Shown here piece by piece: positions 19,494-29,865 of a DNA stretch of 64,000 nucleotides. The notes beneath the pieces are model-generated. The model was not told the DNA's origin. It did no database searches and saw only the letters and a program-made list of their open reading frames with translations. Every line of letters starts with the position of its first letter. Within the stretch, counting starts at the first letter, position 1. The stretch spans positions 6,603-70,602 of the forward strand of contig CANQAL010000001.1 of NCBI GenBank assembly GCA_947589255.1, in the 5' to 3' direction. Position numbers and translations under genes: made by a program. Source of the stretch: Candidatus Gastranaerophilales bacterium (GTDB lineage: Bacteria > Cyanobacteriota > Vampirovibrionia > Gastranaerophilales > Gastranaerophilaceae).

Positions 19494-20357
19494 GTGGATT
19501 CAGTTTTAAAACAAATATTAACCCAGCATGTAGCTAAGATAAATTTATTTTTAATCGGTAAATCAATATTAGAACTTATACTTTTTATAATCGCTATGCG
19601 AGTTATAAATAAAGCATTACACTTATTTTTTGAAAAAATAATATCAAGAATTTCTCACCCCGAAACAAGAAAACAATATTCAACAATAAGACAGCTTGGA
19701 ATTTATCTTGTAGATGCTTTATTGGTACTGTTTTTTACGACAAATATTCTGGAAAATTTCGGTATAGATATGAAACCGATACTTGCAACGGCAGGTGTTT
19801 TAGGTGTTGCGGTCGGCTTTGGCGGTAAAAAGTTTGTGGAAGATTTATTTACGGGACTTTCCATAATACTTACAGGTCAGGTTCGTGTTGGTGATTTCGT
19901 TACAATAAATAATTCCACGGGAACGGTTGAAAAAGTTACTCTAACAATGATTATTATAAGAACTTTTAACGGCGATGTTCATTTCTTAAGAAACGGGCAA
20001 ATTGATACTATTATTAACCAAACAAAAGATTTTTCCATGCCTTTGTTTCATATAAATGTAGCATATAAGACAAATATAACGCACGCAATACACGTATTAA
20101 AAGAATTAGGAGAAGAACTAAGATCAATGCCCGAGTATTCAAAATTTGTACTTTCTGATATAGAAGTTTTCGGGTTGAACGAATTTTATGATTCTTCGAT
20201 TGAAATATTGTGCAGATTTAAAACAACTCCGCACGAACAATGGATGATAAAAAGAAAATTTAATCAAATGGTAAAAGAACGGTTTGAAAAAGAAGGAATT
20301 GAAATACCGTTCCCGCAAGTGGTTGTTAATAAACCGATTGAAGCTGTTGAACAATAA
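19494..20357 (+). CDS. mechanosensitive ion channel (MscS family)
   Basis: AAGGAG RBS before the GTG at 19494. TM3 and beta-domain signature (GVLGVAVGFGGKKFVEDLFTG, VGDFVTINNSTGTVEKVTLTMIIIRTFNGDVHFLRNG). Confidence 0.8.
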   Translation: MDSVLKQILTQHVAKINLFLIGKSILELILFIIAMRVINKALHLFFEKIISRISHPETRKQYSTIRQLGIYLVDALLVLFFTTNILENFGIDMKPILATAGVLGVAVGFGGKKFVEDLFTGLSIILTGQVRVGDFVTINNSTGTVEKVTLTMIIIRTFNGDVHFLRNGQIDTIINQTKDFSMPLFHINVAYKTNITHAIHVLKELGEELRSMPEYSKFVLSDIEVFGLNEFYDSSIEILCRFKTTPHEQWMIKRKFNQMVKERFEKEGIEIPFPQVVVNKPIEAVEQ

Positions 20358-20381
20358 GTATAAAATTTTGATATAATAAAT

Positions 20382-21422
20382 TTGTTAAAAGATTTTGAAA
20401 GGTTGTTTGTGGAAAAAGTTAACTTAGTATCGGGGATGAGGTCAACGGGAAAATTACATCTGGGGCATTATATGGGTGTAATTACAAATTGGGTTCAATT
20501 ACAGGAAGATTATAATTGCTTTTATTTTGTCGCAGACTGGCATGCACTGACAACTAAGTATAACGAAACCGAAAATTTAAGACGAGATAAGCTTGATGTT
20601 GTATTAGACTGGCTTGCATGCGGGATTGACCCCGATAAATCAACAATATATTTTCAATCGAGTGTATTGCAGATAGCGGAACTTCATATTTTATTAAGTA
20701 TGATAACTCCTAATAACTGGGTGGAACGTGACCCTACGTTAAAAGATATGGTTAAAATACTTAAAAATAAAGACGGCGACACAAGCGAAAATATGCCTCA
20801 ATTGAGTTACGGGCTTTTGGGGTATCCCGTATTAATGTCAGCCGATATTATGGCTATGAATGGAGCCGTTGTGCCTGTAGGCGTTGACCAGTTAGCACAT
20901 CTTGAAATAACTCGTGATATTGCGCGCAGGTTTAATAATATTTATAAGACCGAACTATTTAATGAGCCTATGCCAAAACTAACTCAAATACCTTTATTAT
21001 TGGGTGTTGACGGGCAAAAAATGGGGAAATCTTTCCATAACGATATTAAAATATCAGATGACGAGGAAACGACTGCAAAGAAAATAATGCAGTGTATAAC
21101 GGATAGAAGCCGTGCAAGAAAGGATGACCCCGGGCATCCCGATAAATGCGAGGTGGCTTATAAATATTATGAAATTTTTGCGGATAGTGAAACGGTTAAT
21201 CAAGTAAATTGCGAATGTAAAGCAGGACAAAGAGGCTGTGCGGATTGTAAAAGACAACTGGGCAAAATAATTAATGAAAAATTTGCTCCGATAAGACAAA
21301 AACGTATTGAATATTCAAAAGACATAAATAAAGTGCGTGATATCATTAATGAAGGCGGTAAAAAAGCCGCAGCGGAAGCCGAAAAAACAATGGCAAAAGT
21401 CAGAGAGGCTGTAAATATTTAA
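20382..21422 (+). CDS. trpS: tryptophan--tRNA ligase
   Basis: HIGH-type motif GKLHLGHY, KMSKS-type KMGKS, and TrpRS-like GVDQLAHLEITRDIARRFN. The start is uncertain (TTG 20382 or GTG 20409). Confidence 0.9.
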   Translation: MLKDFERLFVEKVNLVSGMRSTGKLHLGHYMGVITNWVQLQEDYNCFYFVADWHALTTKYNETENLRRDKLDVVLDWLACGIDPDKSTIYFQSSVLQIAELHILLSMITPNNWVERDPTLKDMVKILKNKDGDTSENMPQLSYGLLGYPVLMSADIMAMNGAVVPVGVDQLAHLEITRDIARRFNNIYKTELFNEPMPKLTQIPLLLGVDGQKMGKSFHNDIKISDDEETTAKKIMQCITDRSRARKDDPGHPDKCEVAYKYYEIFADSETVNQVNCECKAGQRGCADCKRQLGKIINEKFAPIRQKRIEYSKDINKVRDIINEGGKKAAAEAEKTMAKVREAVNI

Positions 21423-21423
21423 T

Positions 21424-22542
21424 ATGAGCAATAAAATCAAAGTATTAACAATATTCGGAACCCGCCCCGAGGCTATAAAAATGGCGCCTCTTGTTAAAGA
21501 AATTGAAAAAAATTCTGACTCACTGGAAAGTATTGTTTGCGTTACTGCTCAGCACAGGCAAATTTTGGATCAAGTTCTTGAATTATTCAACATAAAGCCC
21601 GATTTCGACCTTGATATTATGAAGGATAACCAGAATTTATGGTCGCTGACATCGGATGTACTTTTAAAAACAAAAGAAGTTATTGAAAAAGTTAAACCCG
21701 ATATTGTTTTAGTGCATGGCGATACAACTACATCAATGGCTGCGGCTTTGAGTGCGTTTTATGCAAAAGTTCCCGTAGGGCACGTCGAGGCAGGACTTAG
21801 AACTTTTGATAAATATTACCCTTTCCCCGAAGAAATAAACAGAGTTTTTGCAGATAGTGTCTGCACGTATCATTTTGCGCCTACGGATAAATCCTGTGAG
21901 AACCTAAAAAAATCGCAGATACCTGATGAACATATCTATAAAACGGGAAATACCGTAATTGATGCCCTGCTTTATACTGTTGAAACTTCTAATGTTTCTT
22001 TAAACGATATAGGTTTAAAAGATAATTTAAAAACAATACTTTTGACCTCTCACAGACGGGAAAATTTTGGCGAACCTATAAAAAATATATGCAGAGCAGT
22101 TTTGGAATTGGTTGAAAAAAACAAGGATATTCAAGTGGTTTATCCCGTTCATCCGAACCCGAATGTGCAAAAGCCTGTTTATGAACTTTTAGACGGGGTT
22201 GAAAGAATACATTTAATAAAACCGTTAGAGTATGCGCAGTTTTGTGCATTAATGAAAAAATCGCATATTATATTGACGGACTCGGGCGGAGTGCAAGAGG
22301 AAGCCCCCTCACTCGGTAAACCCGTACTGGTTTTAAGAGATACAACAGAGCGCCCCGAAGCGGTTGAATTTGGCACCGTAAAACTTGTCGGAACGGATAC
22401 AAATAAAATAGTTTCAACCGTTCAATTACTGCTTGATGAGAAAGCCGAATATAAACGCATGGCGGAAGCCGTAAACCCATACGGCGACGGGCTTGCATCA
22501 AAACGTATTGTTGATGTTTTAATGAATATTCCTAAAAAATAA
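21424..22542 (+). CDS. wecB: UDP-N-acetylglucosamine 2-epimerase (non-hydrolysing)
   Basis: IFGTRPEAIKMAPL N-terminus, HVEAGLRT, SDSGGVQEEAPSLGKPVLVLRDTTERPE. Confidence 0.9.
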   Translation: MSNKIKVLTIFGTRPEAIKMAPLVKEIEKNSDSLESIVCVTAQHRQILDQVLELFNIKPDFDLDIMKDNQNLWSLTSDVLLKTKEVIEKVKPDIVLVHGDTTTSMAAALSAFYAKVPVGHVEAGLRTFDKYYPFPEEINRVFADSVCTYHFAPTDKSCENLKKSQIPDEHIYKTGNTVIDALLYTVETSNVSLNDIGLKDNLKTILLTSHRRENFGEPIKNICRAVLELVEKNKDIQVVYPVHPNPNVQKPVYELLDGVERIHLIKPLEYAQFCALMKKSHIILTDSGGVQEEAPSLGKPVLVLRDTTERPEAVEFGTVKLVGTDTNKIVSTVQLLLDEKAEYKRMAEAVNPYGDGLASKRIVDVLMNIPKK

Positions 22543-22543
22543 T

Positions 22544-23791
22544 TTATGCTTTTTCAAACATTAAAACTGCATTATGACCGCCAAAGCCGAAGGAATTTGA
22601 TAATGCAACTTTTACGTCTTTTTTCTTTGATTTATTTGCAACGTAATCTAAATCAGCTACCTCGGGATCAGGGTTGACTAAGTTAATCGTTGGAGGAACT
22701 ATGCTTTCTACTATAGTTTTAACCGCAACAATAGCTTCAGTAGAGCCTGCTGCTCCAAGCATATGACCTGTCATAGATTTTGTTGAACTTACACAAAGAT
22801 TTGTGTTTTCTTTCCTGTCGCCAAAAACTCTTGCAACAGTCTGTGATTCTGCCAGGTCGCCCAAGTGTGTGCTTGTTCCGTGCATATTGATATAATCAAC
22901 ATCTTTAGGCTGTTTATTAGCTTCTTTTAAGCAGTTGCGGATAGCAAGTTCTGCGCCTCTGCCCTCGGGATCGGGTGCTACCATATCATATGCATCAGAG
23001 CTTTGCCCGTAGCCTGTTAATTCGGCATAAATTCTTGCGCCTCTTTTTAGTGCGTGTTCTCTTTCTTCCAAAATCAAAACGGCACCGCCCTCGGATAATA
23101 CAAATCCGTCACGGTCTTTATCGTATGGTCTTGATACTTCTTTTGGTGGTCTTGTACTCTTTGAAAGGGTTCTGGCACTTGTAAATGCCCCTAATCCAAA
23201 ATCACATACACTTGATTCCGCACCGCCTGCAAACATTATATCGGCATCTCCGAATTGAATTGTTCTGTAACAGTCGCCGACAGAGTGAGCGCCTGTTGCG
23301 CAAGCGGATAATACGGCTTTACTCGGGCCTCTCAAGCCGAATTTTATTGATACTTTACCTGATGCCATATTAGCTATCATCATAGGAACGGTAAACGGAG
23401 AACATTTATGAAAGCCCCTTTTCATCATATCTTCGTAACCTGTTGTTACTACTACAAGTCCGCCTGCTGCCGTTGATACGATTGTTCCTATTCTTGTTAA
23501 ATCTTCTTTTGATAAGTCTAACCCCGAATCTTTATAAGCTTCTTCTGCTGCTATAAGTGCATATATTATGCTTTTATCAAGCCTTTTAGCCTCTTTTGCA
23601 TCAATGTATGCTTCAACATCAATGTCCTCGGGAACTTGCCCTGCTACTTTTACAAGGTGTTTTTCTTTATCTAAATGATGTTCGGTTATTCCGCTTTTGC
23701 CGTTTATTAAATTTTCCCATAATTTATCAACACCTATACCGTATGGTGTTACACATCCCATGCCTGTTACAACTACACGTCTATGCGACAT
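22544..23791 (-). CDS. fabF: beta-ketoacyl-ACP synthase II
   Basis: Active-site Cys context SACATGAHS, catalytic His motifs NMHGTST and GHMLGAAG, C-terminal NSFGFGGHN. Confidence 0.92.
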   Translation of the reverse strand: MSHRRVVVTGMGCVTPYGIGVDKLWENLINGKSGITEHHLDKEKHLVKVAGQVPEDIDVEAYIDAKEAKRLDKSIIYALIAAEEAYKDSGLDLSKEDLTRIGTIVSTAAGGLVVVTTGYEDMMKRGFHKCSPFTVPMMIANMASGKVSIKFGLRGPSKAVLSACATGAHSVGDCYRTIQFGDADIMFAGGAESSVCDFGLGAFTSARTLSKSTRPPKEVSRPYDKDRDGFVLSEGGAVLILEEREHALKRGARIYAELTGYGQSSDAYDMVAPDPEGRGAELAIRNCLKEANKQPKDVDYINMHGTSTHLGDLAESQTVARVFGDRKENTNLCVSSTKSMTGHMLGAAGSTEAIVAVKTIVESIVPPTINLVNPDPEVADLDYVANKSKKKDVKVALSNSFGFGGHNAVLMFEKA

Positions 23792-23887
23792 CTTTTTCCT
23801 CCAACGTCAGAATAAATTCCCTATCTGCCATAAATATTCCATTAAGATATTATCCCGAAAAAAGGACAAAATCAATATTATTAATTT

Positions 23888-26101
23888 TTATATTAAAAAT
23901 TTTTGGTCGGATTTATTTGTGAATAAGGAAACGCAAGGGTAATAAAATAAATCGGAAAGCATATACATTTTATCCGTTGAGTTAGTAAATGTTATTGCAA
24001 ATTCTGCTTTATTTTCGCCCAAGCACTGCATTTTAGGAGTTTCTATAGGCGGGCCTGCCGGAGTTCCTCTTGTCGGGTTATATGGGTTAGATATTACACC
24101 AATTGAACGAAGCAGGGTTAAATTGACCGTATTTTTGATTATTTCATAATCATTTAAGCCTTTTGTAATAAGCCCGAACCCTTGTGTCATCATAAATCTT
24201 TGCATAGGCGAGGTGTTTGGTTTTATTTCTTTGCCTTTTGGGGCGGGGATTTGTTTATAAATATCAAAATCAGGATTAAATTTGCGCTCAACCGTTGAAA
24301 ATAAATCCTCATTTATCGTTGAATATATTTTTTCTTTTAAATTAAACCCTATTTTTAAAATATGGTCTTTGCTTTTGTTTTCCCAATTTGCTTTAAATTC
24401 AAGGTGTTGAGCTTGATTATATAAAACTGCATTTACATTTATTTTATGCTTGTATGTTTTTGTACTTCTTCCTTTATCTGTTGATTTTGAAGGGATATCT
24501 ATATTAAAAGTAAGGCTAATTACTGCCATTAAGGGATTAGACTTTGTAATTTCAGCTGATTTTAATTCTGCCTTAAGGGGTTTATCGTTTTTTAATGCCC
24601 CAAAATTATAGCTGTCACCTATATCTGCTAAGTCTGTTATTGTAATAAAATCATTATATTTAGTGTTTGTCAGCTTATCCGTAACCGTAATTTTACCTTG
24701 TTTTACTTCAAGTTTAATATTTTTATTTTCAATAAAGTTTTTACCTGTTTTAAGATATTTTTCGGTGCATAAATTTTTACCCGAAATATGTGTTAAAGAC
24801 ATTGGTTCAAGATTTTTTACATCTATCAAATATTCATTAATTGTCGTATAGTCCTCTGTTATGGGGATTTCATTAATGTTATAAAGTTTTTCATCACAAA
24901 ATCCTTTTTTTGAAAAGATTTTTACTCCGTCAAACTTTTTATCTGTGTAGACTTTTACAATCCCGGAGTATTTAAATTTTGAAAGGTTAAAGACTGCTAA
25001 AGGCGCATTGTCATTTGATAAATCTCTGATTGTTCTTTTAATAATACCTGTTGCAACGGTGTTTACTTTTTCATATCTTGATATGACTTCATCGCAGACT
25101 TTATCCGTACTGCAGGCATATATGCTGTCATGTGCGTGATTCTTTATAAGCATTTTATATGCGTAATTTATTTCCGCGCTTCTATTTTTAACCTTAAAAT
25201 ATTTACGGGCAATCTGTTCTAAGGGGTCTGCTATATTTGTTAAAAGATGCTGAGAGTGTGCGTTTTTCTGCTTTATATCAAGCCTTGTTGAATAAACCCC
25301 CGGCAGAATAAAGTTTAGGGAATTTTCTAAAAATTCGCCTTTTACCTTTTGACGTTTTTGTATTTTTTTAAAGTATTCAAAAGGCGAAGATATTTTAATT
25401 TCATAATCCTTATAGATTTTATTTAAAGCATCAATTTGTTCTTTTAAATTTTTAGCGACGGCTAAATGGTCGGCTCCTATCGGAAGCAATACATTTTCCC
25501 CGCTTTTTAATGCGATTTTATCAAGATATTTTTTTAATAGTTGCGCCTTTTCTTCAATAGGTTTATCAAGATTTAAAAAATCCTGAAAATAGCCTTGTAT
25601 AAGGTTTGTAACTTTTATTCCGTCCCAGTCAAGATCAGCTTTTAAATCACCTAAGCCCCGCCAAAGACAAGCTTTATCAATCCCGAAATTTTTAAGCAAT
25701 ATCGGAATATCCTTACTGTGGCCGAAACTGTCTGCAATATAGCCTATAAAATCCGTTTCCCCAAGCTTTTTTGCGTAGTCTATACCGAGTTCAAGATTTT
25801 TCATAAGGCATTTGCCTGAAACCAAAAAACTATCCGATGAACAGTAAAAAGGACCAATTCTCAGTTTTTTTTCTTTTATTAATTTTTTTATTAACGGGAG
25901 TTTTTCGCCTCTTATTTCAAGGTAATCTTCTAAAGCGGCAGTTTGCCCGTCAAAGTAAAAACAAGGCAGTTCGCCCGAATTAAGCATATCAAGAACGTAG
26001 TCAAAAACTTCAATCAGCCTTAATCTGAACTCATCAAATTCCCGATACCACTCTCTATCCCAGTGAGTATGAACATATGCGCTAACTTTTTTCATAAGCA
26101 T
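23888..26101 (-). CDS. glycoside hydrolase family 38 (alpha-mannosidase / mannosylglycerate hydrolase-like)
   Basis: N-terminal HTHWDREWY motif and about 740 aa length, typical of bacterial GH38. Confidence 0.78.
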   Translation of the reverse strand: MLMKKVSAYVHTHWDREWYREFDEFRLRLIEVFDYVLDMLNSGELPCFYFDGQTAALEDYLEIRGEKLPLIKKLIKEKKLRIGPFYCSSDSFLVSGKCLMKNLELGIDYAKKLGETDFIGYIADSFGHSKDIPILLKNFGIDKACLWRGLGDLKADLDWDGIKVTNLIQGYFQDFLNLDKPIEEKAQLLKKYLDKIALKSGENVLLPIGADHLAVAKNLKEQIDALNKIYKDYEIKISSPFEYFKKIQKRQKVKGEFLENSLNFILPGVYSTRLDIKQKNAHSQHLLTNIADPLEQIARKYFKVKNRSAEINYAYKMLIKNHAHDSIYACSTDKVCDEVISRYEKVNTVATGIIKRTIRDLSNDNAPLAVFNLSKFKYSGIVKVYTDKKFDGVKIFSKKGFCDEKLYNINEIPITEDYTTINEYLIDVKNLEPMSLTHISGKNLCTEKYLKTGKNFIENKNIKLEVKQGKITVTDKLTNTKYNDFITITDLADIGDSYNFGALKNDKPLKAELKSAEITKSNPLMAVISLTFNIDIPSKSTDKGRSTKTYKHKINVNAVLYNQAQHLEFKANWENKSKDHILKIGFNLKEKIYSTINEDLFSTVERKFNPDFDIYKQIPAPKGKEIKPNTSPMQRFMMTQGFGLITKGLNDYEIIKNTVNLTLLRSIGVISNPYNPTRGTPAGPPIETPKMQCLGENKAEFAITFTNSTDKMYMLSDLFYYPCVSLFTNKSDQKFLI

Positions 26102-26162
26102 ATATTATAATTTTTTTCATCAAATGTACAGAAATTTATTTTTTTAATGCGAAAGTATTCTC

Positions 26163-26192
26163 TTTACAAAATTCCCCCCCCCGTGGTAGAAT
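26163..26192 (+). promoter_or_regulatory. candidate extended -10 promoter with poly-C spacer (TTTACA-18 bp-TGgTAGAAT)
   Basis: -35 TTTACA 26163-26168. The spacer contains C9. TG at 26184-26185 and -10 TAGAAT 26187-26192, 35 nt upstream of the methyltransferase ATG. Confidence 0.45.
26174..26182 (+). repeat. homopolymeric C9 tract
   Basis: Nine consecutive C residues. I noticed no other G or C homopolymer of this length in the window. Confidence 0.95.
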
Positions 26193-26226
26193 GCTGATTA
26201 ATGCCGATAAAAGGGGAAACATAAAT

Positions 26227-27087
26227 ATGCACTGGAAATTAGGACAAAGTTTTATTGATAAATTAAGAGGATGTAAACGTCCTGATAATAATTATGGTGA
26301 AAATACAAATAATCACTTAGAATTTATTGATTACCCAAAGGATTCTTTTTATGAAGTATATAAAAATCATAAAGGTTTGTACTCTTTCAAGTGGGAACAA
26401 TATTTACATGTATATGATAAATTTTTAGCAAATTATAAAAAAGAGAATGAACCCGTTAAATTATTGGAAATAGGTGTGTTTAAAGGTGGTTCTCTTGAAA
26501 TTTGGGGAGAATATCTGCCTAAAGGCTCAAAGATAATAGGGATTGATATTGATAAAAAATGTGCTGAATACAAATATAACAACGAAAATATAGAAGTATT
26601 TATCGGAAGTGCATCAGATGAAAACTTTGTAGAAAAAAACTTTAAAAATATGAATTTTGATATCATTGTTGATGACGGTTCACATATATGTTCCGATGTT
26701 ATAAAGACATTTGAATTATTTTTCCCAAAATTAAATAACGGCGGGTTGTATATTGTTGAAGATTTGCATGCAAGTTATTGGAAAAATTATCAGGGCGGTT
26801 ATAAAAAGAAACAATCATCAATTGAATATTTTAAAAATATAATAGATGCTTTGCATTTTGATTATATTAATAAATTTGATTATAAAGTTTCCATGGAAGA
26901 AATTAACAGATTGAAAAAATTAAACAGAGAAATTGCCTCGTTAGCTTTTTATGATTCGATTCTTGTTATAGAAAAATATTATAATAAATACAGACCTATG
27001 AAAGAGTGTCAAGCAGGAACGGATAATTCAATTCCCGAAGAAATGCCAAAATGTGAAAAATCTCAATTTGAACGGGTCTTTAAATAG
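26227..27087 (+). CDS. class I SAM-dependent methyltransferase (CmcI / sugar O-methyltransferase-like)
   Basis: LLEIGVFKGGSLEIWGEYL (motif I) and FDIIVDDGSH. AAGGGG RBS before the ATG at 26227. The track start at 26191 overlaps the -10 box. Confidence 0.65.
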   Translation: MHWKLGQSFIDKLRGCKRPDNNYGENTNNHLEFIDYPKDSFYEVYKNHKGLYSFKWEQYLHVYDKFLANYKKENEPVKLLEIGVFKGGSLEIWGEYLPKGSKIIGIDIDKKCAEYKYNNENIEVFIGSASDENFVEKNFKNMNFDIIVDDGSHICSDVIKTFELFFPKLNNGGLYIVEDLHASYWKNYQGGYKKKQSSIEYFKNIIDALHFDYINKFDYKVSMEEINRLKKLNREIASLAFYDSILVIEKYYNKYRPMKECQAGTDNSIPEEMPKCEKSQFERVFK

Positions 27088-27091
27088 TATT

Positions 27092-27919
27092 TTAATGATT
27101 AAATATTTCAAATAAATCTTTCAGTTCTTTATAATAACCATTTTGAAGCAGTTTGTTAAATTGCTGTGTCGAAATTGGCGCAACGGTTTTAATTGTTTCC
27201 GGTGTCATAAAATAACCTGAAACAAAACGGGCAAAAAGTTCTGTCGGCTTTCCATAATACTTTGAAAGCTTGTTTATTCTTCTTGAAATTTTAGCTTGTT
27301 TTCTTTGCATTGAACATAATCTGATATAAAGCTGAAAAGCTTTGGGCATATCGGGAAAGTCATTTTCAAGATTTTTAACCGTATATATCTGTTCTTTTTT
27401 AAAGAAAAGCCCCTTCATTATTTTTATTGCATCATATTTTACGAGGTATTTTGCATCGGAGTTTTTTATGTATTTTTCAAATTCGGGGAATTTTTTTGAC
27501 CTTAAAAAATTAGGGTAATCCCTTCTTATTGCTTTTTGCATACCTGCAATGGTTTTTGCCGTTTCTTCTTTTGCCTGAGTGAATACAGTCAAGCGGGAAT
27601 TTTTATCGGTTAGTCTTGTTACATTTATAAGTTCTGATTTTATTTTGTTTATATCGTTTGTATCAAAAAGTTTTTCGAGGCTTCCGCCATGTTTAACGAA
27701 ATCCCTATCAATTTTATAATGGATATGGTGAGCAAATTCGTGGACAAGAACTTCTATTGCTTTATCTTCCTTAATATTGCGGGATAAATCTATCCTGTTT
27801 TTTTGATATAACCCTTGATTACCTCTTGCTTTAGTGTTTGTTTTAACTTCAATTCCGCAATTGCGCATAAACTCTATGACATTGCGTTTCGTCAAAGGTT
27901 TTGACTTGTCATAAAGCAT
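27092..27919 (-). CDS. SprT-like zinc metallopeptidase-domain protein
   Basis: ARGNQGLYQKNRIDLS...VLVHEFAHHIHY (HExxH) N-terminal module and a helical C-terminal region. Confidence 0.45.
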   Translation of the reverse strand: MLYDKSKPLTKRNVIEFMRNCGIEVKTNTKARGNQGLYQKNRIDLSRNIKEDKAIEVLVHEFAHHIHYKIDRDFVKHGGSLEKLFDTNDINKIKSELINVTRLTDKNSRLTVFTQAKEETAKTIAGMQKAIRRDYPNFLRSKKFPEFEKYIKNSDAKYLVKYDAIKIMKGLFFKKEQIYTVKNLENDFPDMPKAFQLYIRLCSMQRKQAKISRRINKLSKYYGKPTELFARFVSGYFMTPETIKTVAPISTQQFNKLLQNGYYKELKDLFEIFNH

Positions 27920-27979
27920 TTTTACTGAGTATTGATGTTCTTTTTCTTTTTTTAAAAATCCGAAAATAATTTGTTTCCT

Positions 27980-28306
27980 TTATTTTGTTTGTTCATCTAT
28001 CCAATTTAAATATTCTTTGCTTCCTGAAATTAGCGGAGTACATATGATTTCAGGAGTTTCATATTTATGCAGCTTTTTTATTTCTTCTTCAACTTGTTCA
28101 TATAATTCGGTTTTGGTTTTCATTATCATAAGAAATTCCGTATCTTCATTTAATTTATCATCCCAAAAGTAAACGGAAGTTACCGATGGAACAATAGTTG
28201 CGCAGGCAATAAGATGCTTTTTTGTTAATTCTTTTGCAATTATGATGGCATCTTCTTTTGTTTGTGTTGTGCAATTAATTATACAATATTCCATTTTATG
28301 CTCCAT
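27980..28306 (-). CDS. cutA: divalent-cation tolerance protein CutA
   Basis: About 105 aa with a CutA1-like pattern (LIACATIVPSVTSVYFWDDKL ... YETPEII). Confidence 0.7.
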   Translation of the reverse strand: MEHKMEYCIINCTTQTKEDAIIIAKELTKKHLIACATIVPSVTSVYFWDDKLNEDTEFLMIMKTKTELYEQVEEEIKKLHKYETPEIICTPLISGSKEYLNWIDEQTK

Positions 28307-29739
28307 TAAAAGATTTTACCGGGATTTAAAATATTTTTAGGGTCAAACAATTGTTTTAGTTTTTTCATTAAAGCTAAACAGTCGGGATTAACAGCTTTAT
28401 CAATAAAATAAGATTTTTCGCTTCCTATTCCGTGTTCGCCTGATAAAGTTCCGCCTAAAGAAATTGCAAGTTCAAAAAGCTCGGATTTTGCTTGTTCAAA
28501 ATTTAATCTTTCCGTTTCATTTCTTAAATCAAGGGCAATGTTAGGATGAATGTTTCCGTCGCCGATATGCCCCATTATGCAGGTTTTTAAGCTGTATTTA
28601 TCGCAGATATATTGTATCCCTTTTACAAGCGGGACTATTTTATCTCTTGGCACAACAACATCTTCAGTCATAACATTAGGTGCAAGTTTTGCCGTTGCAC
28701 CGAAGGATGAACGGCGGGATATCCATATTTTTTCTTCTTCCTCCTTTGTTGATGCCGTTTGAATATAAGATGAGTTGTTATTTTTACATATCTCAATTAT
28801 TTTTTCATACTGGCTGTCTAAAACAGATTTAAATCCGTCTATTTCGATAAGCAAAGCGGCTGTTTTATCGGTTAATAATCCCGTCGGATAAAAACTTTCT
28901 ATCGTATTTATTGTATTTTTATCTATTAAATCAATAACAGACGGGGTTATTAAATTAGAAATTAAATCATTTACTGTTTTTGAGGTATCTTCAAGAGTAT
29001 CAAAATAAGCAAGCATAACTCTTGTAGCTTCAGGTTTCGGGATTAATTTAACAACTGCTTCGGTTATTAATCCTAAAGTACCTTCAGAACCTATAAAAAA
29101 TTGTGTCATATTATAACCCGTTACATCTTTTGAACACTGTGAACTTGTATGGATAACCGTTCCATCTGACAGTACTACTTCTAAATCAATAATATAATCT
29201 TTTGTAGCACCGTATTTAAAAGTGTGAGGCCCGCCGGAATTAAGCGCAATACTTCCGCCTATCATTGATGCTTTAAGATTGGAAGGATCAGGCGGATAGT
29301 ATAAATCTTGTTTTTCGACTTCTTTTTTTAAATCTTCTATGACAACCCCCGGTTGGACTTTACATATTAAATTATTTTTATTTATCTCTAAAATTTTATC
29401 CATTTTGGAAAAATCAATAATAATTCCGCCTTTTTTCGGTTTGCAGGCTCCGCAGACATTCGTTCCCGCACTCCTTGGTGTTACGGCTATTGATTTTTTA
29501 TATGCGTATTTCATTATTTCTGATACCTGCATTGTATTTTGCGGAAATACAACAACGTCAGCTATTTCTTTCTGCTCGGTGGAATTTGTTGAATCGGTTG
29601 AATAAACAATTAATTCTTCCCTGTTGCAGAGGACATTTTCTTCCCCTGCGATCTTTTCCATAGCTTTAACAACAGCACTTTTAAAATTTAATAATGTATC
29701 AAGCATAAAACCTCTCAATAAAATTATAAAATAAAACAT
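28306..29739 (-). CDS. FAD-linked oxidase (GlcD / D-lactate dehydrogenase family)
   Basis: FAD_binding_4-type N-domain (VTPRSAGTNVCGA) and C-terminal SGEHGIGSEK...KQLFDPKNILNPGK. The likely start is MLDTLLNF (29706). Confidence 0.8.
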   Translation of the reverse strand: MFYFIILLRGFMLDTLLNFKSAVVKAMEKIAGEENVLCNREELIVYSTDSTNSTEQKEIADVVVFPQNTMQVSEIMKYAYKKSIAVTPRSAGTNVCGACKPKKGGIIIDFSKMDKILEINKNNLICKVQPGVVIEDLKKEVEKQDLYYPPDPSNLKASMIGGSIALNSGGPHTFKYGATKDYIIDLEVVLSDGTVIHTSSQCSKDVTGYNMTQFFIGSEGTLGLITEAVVKLIPKPEATRVMLAYFDTLEDTSKTVNDLISNLITPSVIDLIDKNTINTIESFYPTGLLTDKTAALLIEIDGFKSVLDSQYEKIIEICKNNNSSYIQTASTKEEEEKIWISRRSSFGATAKLAPNVMTEDVVVPRDKIVPLVKGIQYICDKYSLKTCIMGHIGDGNIHPNIALDLRNETERLNFEQAKSELFELAISLGGTLSGEHGIGSEKSYFIDKAVNPDCLALMKKLKQLFDPKNILNPGKIF

Positions 29740-29865
29740 TCCGTTAAAACAATATTTTATACTTAATTTGAAGTTATAATAACCGGTTTAATTGTTAAAT
29801 ATACACACTTTGTTGCTAATGAAGTTTTTGCGAAATAAAGGTTAAATGTAAATGTAAGAGAGATT

